Part shown: positions 59,101 through 64,000 of the stretch, one piece after another | Position numbering within the stretch: position 1 is the first letter of the stretch | How the letters are laid out: the number at the start of each line of letters is the position of its first letter | Assembly: GCA_963785725.1 (NCBI GenBank) | Contig: CAWAWS010000033.1 | Span: 192,001 to 256,000 of the forward strand | Length of the DNA stretch: 64,000 bases | Source of the DNA: an uncultured delta proteobacterium | GTDB taxonomy: Bacteria > Myxococcota_A > Polyangia > Palsa-1104 | Reading direction: 5' to 3' | Notes under the pieces: model-generated | Seen by the model: only the letters and a program-made list of their open reading frames with translations | The model's database searches: none | What the model was told of the DNA's origin: nothing | Program-made: the position numbers and the translations under genes

Positions 59101-60007
59101 ATCGTTCGAGCTGTGCCAGCGCGCCGAAGCGGTGTTTCGCGAGCGCTGCCGCGGCGCCAGCTGGGAGATCACCAACGGCCAGTTCTTCTCGCTCAACGCG
59201 CTCATGCAGCAGGGCAAGCTGGCGGCGCTGGCGTCACGGCTGCCGACGGCGTTGGCGGCGGCGCGCGACTTGGGCGACCTCTTCGCCGACAGCTTCTTGC
59301 GCTTTCGCTTCTCGTCGATGGTGTGGCTGGCCAACGATCAAACGGCGCACGCGCACGAAGAGAACGAGCAGCTGCGGGCGCGCTTCTCGGCGCGCGACTT
59401 CTTCATCCAGCATTATTGGGATCGCCACGCCGACGTGCAGCTGATGATGTACACCGGCGACGGCGCCCGCGCCTGGCAGCTGACGCAGGAGCTGTGGCAG
59501 ACGCTGCGCAAGTCGCTCCTCCTGAAGACGCAGTTTCACCGCATCGACGCGCTGTTCCTGCATGCGCGGGCGGCGTTGGCGGCGGCCGAGCAGCTGCCGG
59601 CGGGCAGCGAGCGAACGCAGCTCTTGCGCGTGGCCGAGCACGACGCCGCCTGGCTCGGACGCCATCAGCCGGTGCGCGCGCGGGCGATGGCGCTGCTCGT
59701 CGGCGCCGGCAGTCGCGCGCTGCGCGGCGACGCCGAGGGCGCCATGACCGCGCTCTACGCCGCCGCCGACGGCTTCGACGCCGCCGCGATGTCGCTGCAC
59801 GCCGCCATCTGCCGCCGTCGCTACGGCGAGATCGTGGGCGGCGAGCGCGGCCGCTCGCTCGTCGTCGCCGCCGACGACTGGATGGCCGGCGAGCAAATCA
59901 AGAGCCCGACGCGCTTCGCACGCCTGTTCGCGCCTGGGACTGCGGCTGCGGAAGTGACGGCGCGTACGTCTTCCACAGCCGATCCCAGCTATGGTCGAGC
60001 ACCATGA
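56142..60007 (+). CDS. Ser/Thr kinase-AAA ATPase (STAND-like)-TPR protein; many indels between 56240 and 57320
   Basis: ATGA overlap with DAGK. LGVGGMGVVY, VALK, HRDIKPSN, YMSPEQ, ESGIGK, IDDLQWGD, ESGGIPLF, HDRIRE, helical repeats. Confidence 0.85.
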
Positions 60008-60434
60008 AATTGACCGCTTCGTCGTGGTGCGCGAAATGGACGCGCCGCCCCGCTCGAAACCACCCGAACCGTTCGTAGGACGAGCCCGTGCGATGAAACT
60101 GTTCGTGCACGTAGTTGATGGCGATGAGCAGCAGCACCGTCTCCAAGAACGACAGCAGCCCCAACGCCCACGGCAAGACGACGAACGCCAGCGCCGTCTG
60201 CAGGAGCAGCCACGGCAAGAGCGCAAACGCGCTGTTGGTGCCGCCGACGCCGCCGCGATAGTGACCGTCGCTCGAGCAGCGGTCGCTGTCGGGATAGATG
60301 GCGTGATGGCCGAGCAGGTGAAAGCGGCTCAGCCACCCGCCCGGTCGATGCGCGAAGCGATGGCCGAACCACACGCTGAAGGTGGTGGCGGCGTACGTGG
60401 CGACGCTGACGACGACCACCGCGCTCGCGGTCAC
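59898..60434 (-). CDS. Fatty acid hydroxylase / sterol desaturase superfamily protein
   Basis: His boxes HRFAH, HLLGHH, HEQFH, HFAHH; NF...WDRL.KT. Confidence 0.85.
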   Translation of the reverse strand: MTASAVVVVSVATYAATTFSVWFGHRFAHRPGGWLSRFHLLGHHAIYPDSDRCSSDGHYRGGVGGTNSAFALLPWLLLQTALAFVVLPWALGLLSFLETVLLLIAINYVHEQFHRTGSSYERFGWFRAGRRVHFAHHDEAVNFMVLDHSWDRLWKTYAPSLPQPQSQARTGVRSASGS

Positions 60435-60521
60435 GCGCCGCTCGCGGAGGTCATTTCACTGCGCGCGCCGATCGATTCGATCGATCCCATCAGGGAAGCC
60501 GATCGAACCGGGCGCGACAAC

Positions 60522-61334
60522 ATGCCGCGCGGCCTCCTCGATCGCGTCGGGCCATACGTGACGCACGGCTGCCTCGTCGCGACCACGATCCTGTTGTACG
60601 GCTTGGTGCTGCGCTTTTCGTGGTCGCCGATGATCATCGTGTGCGCCATCCTGCAGCATCGAATCGGGATACTTTTGCACGAGTATATCCACGGCATTCC
60701 CTTTCGAATGCAAAAACATAATCAGTGGGTATTGTCACTTTATGACCCGTTGATGTGCGCGTTCGGCCTGTTGCAGCTGTTTCGCGGCTCGCATCTGGCG
60801 CATCATCGCTGGCTCAACACCGAGCGCGATCCGGCGCACCAGAGCGCGCAGCGGACGGCGGAGCGCGGCGCGCTCGGCCTGTTGGCGGCGCTGGAGCTGC
60901 CGCAGCATCTGCAGTATCTGCGCGACGCCGTCGCCGGGCGGCAGGCGTTCGCGCGCCGGTCACGCCTCGCGTTCGGCTTCGTCGCGACGGTGGTCTGGGT
61001 CGGCGGCTGGTGCGCGCTCGGCCTGTGGCGCGTGCCGCTGACGATCGCCGCGCTCAGCGTCTACAACGCCGTCGTGTCGAGCTCGCTGCGCGGCGCGGTC
61101 GAGCATCAGAGCGAGCGAGCGAACCCGATGTTCGCCAACGAATATCGAAGCTTCGTGCCGCTCTTCAATATCAATCGGCATGTTCATCATCATTTGGATC
61201 CGCGCTGCCCGTGGTATCGCCTGCGGTTCTTGGCGCGGCCGCTGCCGGCGCACGCGTTCGTCACGCACTGGTGGAAGACGTACGTGACGAAGCGCTACGT
61301 CCTCATGCGGCCGCCGTCGTCGGCGACCGACTAA
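60522..61334 (+). CDS. Membrane fatty acid desaturase family protein
   Basis: His boxes HEYIH, HLAHH, HVHHH..P..PW. Confidence 0.85.
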   Translation: MPRGLLDRVGPYVTHGCLVATTILLYGLVLRFSWSPMIIVCAILQHRIGILLHEYIHGIPFRMQKHNQWVLSLYDPLMCAFGLLQLFRGSHLAHHRWLNTERDPAHQSAQRTAERGALGLLAALELPQHLQYLRDAVAGRQAFARRSRLAFGFVATVVWVGGWCALGLWRVPLTIAALSVYNAVVSSSLRGAVEHQSERANPMFANEYRSFVPLFNINRHVHHHLDPRCPWYRLRFLARPLPAHAFVTHWWKTYVTKRYVLMRPPSSATD

Positions 61335-61336
61335 CC

Positions 61337-61759
61337 TCAAGGCGACAGAACGGTAAAGTCGGCGGACGCGAGCCGCTCGCCGTCGCGCACGAAGACGACG
61401 CGAAAACGGCCGCGGGCCGCGCCGACGAGCTGCGTGACGTCGGGCATGGCGAAGACGACCTCGTCATCGCGCTCGCCGGCGCGCAGCGGGATCACGTGCA
61501 GGACGCGATCGCCGTCGGCGAGGTGGTGCAGCTCGAGCTCGACGAAGCCGCCCGCGCCAAAGCGCCGCGGCGACGACAAGAGCACGCGAATCGGCTGCCC
61601 GCGGCGCAGCGCGACGTCGCCTTCCGCCGCATGCGCGAAGCTCGCGCCGATGAAGACGCGCGCACGCGGCACGAAGAGGCGCCACGCCGTCAAGCCGCCC
61701 GCCGCCAGCGTCGCCAGCAGCGCGGCCGCCAACCAGCGCGCGCGACGCGACCGGGCCAC
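61337..61759 (-). CDS. Hypothetical exported protein
   Basis: N-terminal TM then a beta-rich domain ending LASADFTV. Confidence 0.55.
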   Translation of the reverse strand: MARSRRARWLAAALLATLAAGGLTAWRLFVPRARVFIGASFAHAAEGDVALRRGQPIRVLLSSPRRFGAGGFVELELHHLADGDRVLHVIPLRAGERDDEVVFAMPDVTQLVGAARGRFRVVFVRDGERLASADFTVLSP

Positions 61760-61913
61760 GTCCCGAGCTTAGCGTCGGCGCGCCGCTATCGTCGAAGAAT
61801 AAGCGCCACCGTCGCGAAATTGACGTTTGGCGACGTAGCGTTACAGACCACGACGCAACTATTTCGGCGCCTGGCCGATAACTGACGACAACGATCGGAG
61901 GGAAGCGCGGACG

Positions 61914-62627
61914 ATGCCCATCGGCGGATATATCGTCGTCATCGGGAGCGGCAGCGAGGTCATCGAGCACGAGCTCATCGCCGACGCCGGCCATCCGAAC
62001 GTCGGCGAGCGGATCGTGCTCGACGGCGCCACCTACGTCGTCGTCGCCGTGCAGCACGAGGAGGAGCGCGACAGCCACGCGTCGGCGCGACACACGTATG
62101 CGCGCGTGTTCTTGCGGCCGCTCGACAGCAGGCGCGCGCCGCGACCGCGGCCCGACGGCGACGCGCCGTCGGCGATCTTGCCGTTCGTCGCGCCGCCGGG
62201 CGTGGACGGCTGCGCCATCCTGCCGCCGGCGCTGGTCGCGGTGCTCGTCGTGGCCGGTTACAGCGAGCAGAAGATGGTCTATCGCACGGGACGGCGGCGG
62301 GTGGCGCAGCTGTTGCGCGCCGGCGATCGCTGGATGGCGCTGAACGGCGCCGACGCCTGGCGTTTGTCGCGACTGGCCAAGCGGCAGCTGCACGGCGCCA
62401 TTCGCTTCGCCTTGACGCTCGCCGGCGGGCACGGCCCCGCCGTCGACGATGACGGCGCGACTACTTTGCCTTGCGCCGCGCCGGCGCGCGCGGCGGCGCC
62501 GCCGCGGTCGCCGACGGCAGGCCCAGAAACTGCTCCACCAGCTCGGTCAGCGCGGCCAGCTTTGCGTTTGGTACCTGGCGGACAAGATCGCGAAGACGGT
62601 GGCGAAGATGCGACTCGGGAAACGTAA
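61914..62627 (+). CDS. Hypothetical protein
   Basis: GGAGGG upstream; the 3' end overlaps the XRE gene on the opposite strand. Confidence 0.45.
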   Translation: MPIGGYIVVIGSGSEVIEHELIADAGHPNVGERIVLDGATYVVVAVQHEEERDSHASARHTYARVFLRPLDSRRAPRPRPDGDAPSAILPFVAPPGVDGCAILPPALVAVLVVAGYSEQKMVYRTGRRRVAQLLRAGDRWMALNGADAWRLSRLAKRQLHGAIRFALTLAGGHGPAVDDDGATTLPCAAPARAAAPPRSPTAGPETAPPARSARPALRLVPGGQDREDGGEDATRET

Positions 62628-62826
62628 ATAGGTCGGCCGTATCGACGCGATAGACGGTCGCCAAGTTGATGGCGAGGTCGATGCTCGGCCACACGTCGCC
62701 GCGCTCGAGCCCGTAAATGTGGGTGCGATCGACGCCCACCCACTGCGCGACATCGTCGACGCGCAGCGCCTGCTCTTCGCGCAGCTGCTTCAGTCGCGCG
62801 CCGAACTGCTTCTTCACCGAGGCCAT
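62461..62826 (-). CDS. XRE-family HTH transcriptional regulator
   Basis: FGARLKQLRE, VGVDRTHIYGLERG..WPSI. Confidence 0.88.
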   Translation of the reverse strand: MASVKKQFGARLKQLREEQALRVDDVAQWVGVDRTHIYGLERGDVWPSIDLAINLATVYRVDTADLFTFPESHLRHRLRDLVRQVPNAKLAALTELVEQFLGLPSATAAAPPRAPARRKAK

Positions 62827-62898
62827 CTCGACGCGCAACGTAGCACGCCGATGTGGTGTAAGAAACAACACAGCCGGAAGCGTTCGGAGCGGCGTCGT

Positions 62899-63570
62899 CT
62901 AAGGTAGCGGCTCGGCGGCGACGATCGCGAGCTCGGCGCGCAGGCGGCGCAGCGCCAGCCAGCTCGTGCGGTCGTATTCACCGCGCAGATGGCCTTGGCG
63001 ATCGACGAGCAGCAGGCGATCGTCGGCGAAGAGCGGCGCGCCAAATTTCGCGCGCTCGGACTGCAGGCGGCGCCAGTCGACGTCGAGCGCGTCGAGCAGG
63101 CTGGTGACGTCGGGCGGCGTGCCGCTGGCGATCGACCACGGCGGCGTCGCATCGACGGCGGCGGCGACGGCCGGCAAATGCGCGGGCGTGTCTTCGTCGG
63201 GCGCCGCGGTCAACGTCACCACAGCGACGTCGCCACGGCCGCGCACGTCGGCGGCCAGCGCGCGCATGTCGGCGAGCGCGCGCGGCACGTGCATGACGTC
63301 GTGGAAGAAGGCGAACCCGATGACGACGACGCGGCCGGCCCAGCTCGCGCGCGTCAGCGGCCGCCCCGCTTGGTCGACGAGCGTGAACGGTGGCAGCGGC
63401 GCGCCGATCGGAATCACGGCCCGCGCCGCGCTCAGCCGCCACAGCCATGCCGTGCCGGCGACGAGCACGAGCGCGACCCCGACCGCGAACGCGCGCCGCC
63501 ACCGCCGCGCGCGCCGCCGGCGGTCGCGCGTGGCCGCCTCCGCCGCGCGCACGGCTGCCCGAGAGCCCAT
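62899..63570 (-). CDS. SCO1/SenC-like thioredoxin-fold protein lacking CxxxC
   Basis: TM, PPFTLVDQAG, W.GRVVV..F, PDEDTP..L, LLLVDRQGHLRG.Y; HDVMH in place of CxxxC. Confidence 0.8.
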   Translation of the reverse strand: MGSRAAVRAAEAATRDRRRRARRWRRAFAVGVALVLVAGTAWLWRLSAARAVIPIGAPLPPFTLVDQAGRPLTRASWAGRVVVIGFAFFHDVMHVPRALADMRALAADVRGRGDVAVVTLTAAPDEDTPAHLPAVAAAVDATPPWSIASGTPPDVTSLLDALDVDWRRLQSERAKFGAPLFADDRLLLVDRQGHLRGEYDRTSWLALRRLRAELAIVAAEPLP

Positions 63571-63609
63571 GTCGCTTCATACCAGATCCGTGTAGGCTCG
63601 GTAGTTAGC

Positions 63610-64000
63610 ATGCGTCAGCGGTGGCACGGGCTCTGCGCGCTCGCCGTGTACGTCACGGCGGCGGTCGTATGCCCGGCGCTGCACTTGTCGCATCACGCCG
63701 TCGCCGGCGCCGATCACACACACGGCGGCGCCGCGCCCGTCGCCGCCGCGCCCGGCGCCGCCGCCGTCGACCTGGCGGCGCTCGGGCTGGCCGACGTCAG
63801 CGCACCCGCCGTCGTCGACTGCACGCTGGCCGCGCTCACGCTCGCCGACTGCGACACGCCGGCGGACGGGCCGCGCCACTTCGGCGACGACACCGGCCGC
63901 GACCAGCCGCCGCCGCCCGCGCCCATCGACGTCCGCCACGGCGCCGGCAGCCTGGAGCACCTCGGCGCCCTTGCCCTCGCGTCGAGCCCGGTCACGCTGC
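63610..64000 (+). CDS. His-rich hypothetical protein, truncated by the window end
   Basis: Open frame MRQRWHGLCALAVYVTAAVVCPALHLSHH...DHTH...HGAGSLEHL to the window edge; not in the supplied ORF track. Confidence 0.6.
   Translation, partial: MRQRWHGLCALAVYVTAAVVCPALHLSHHAVAGADHTHGGAAPVAAAPGAAAVDLAALGLADVSAPAVVDCTLAALTLADCDTPADGPRHFGDDTGRDQPPPPAPIDVRHGAGSLEHLGALALASSPVTL

Noticed and set aside
59898..60007. Functional 110-bp convergent overlap between the kinase and the hydroxylase
   Set aside because: Both tails are low-information, and one base fewer in the GGG near 59937 would stop the kinase at about 59958, so the overlap length is unreliable.

Overview
High-GC window that looks like Myxococcota (Polyangia-like) DNA, based on a MYXO-CTERM protein, a Myxococcales-type sigma-70/kinase pair, many Gly-rich lipoproteins and five Hanks-type Ser/Thr kinases. 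The taxonomy is inferred from gene content only. The left third (0.4-22 kb) carries secreted glycoside-hydrolase lipoproteins (GH92 mannosidase, MGH1-like/CBM32, thaumatin/GH64-like, two divergent GH87-like enzymes), a TolC/multicopper oxidase operon and several intergenic repeat arrays. The middle has LysR/SDR, ArsR/RND efflux, ppk2, a sigma54-type promoter in front of a kinase-WD40 gene followed by a double-glycine RiPP-like peptide, an acyltransferase and an S53/S8 protease. The right part has kinases with PEGA-like, UrtA, TonB-C and AAA/TPR modules, aqpZ, a PstS-OmpA fusion, an SPFH pair with DAGK, fatty-acid hydroxylase and desaturase genes, an XRE regulator and an atypical SCO protein. 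I found no rRNA, tRNA, CRISPR array or transposase. Frameshifts cluster at about 0.7-5 kb and 52-57.4 kb and are probably assembly indels. The best leads are the receptor-kinase/peptide pair, the raft/lipid-modification locus, a switch-like 5' leader, a 26-bp palindromic tandem array and a His-substituted SCO. All family calls come from motifs recognised by eye; no searches were run.
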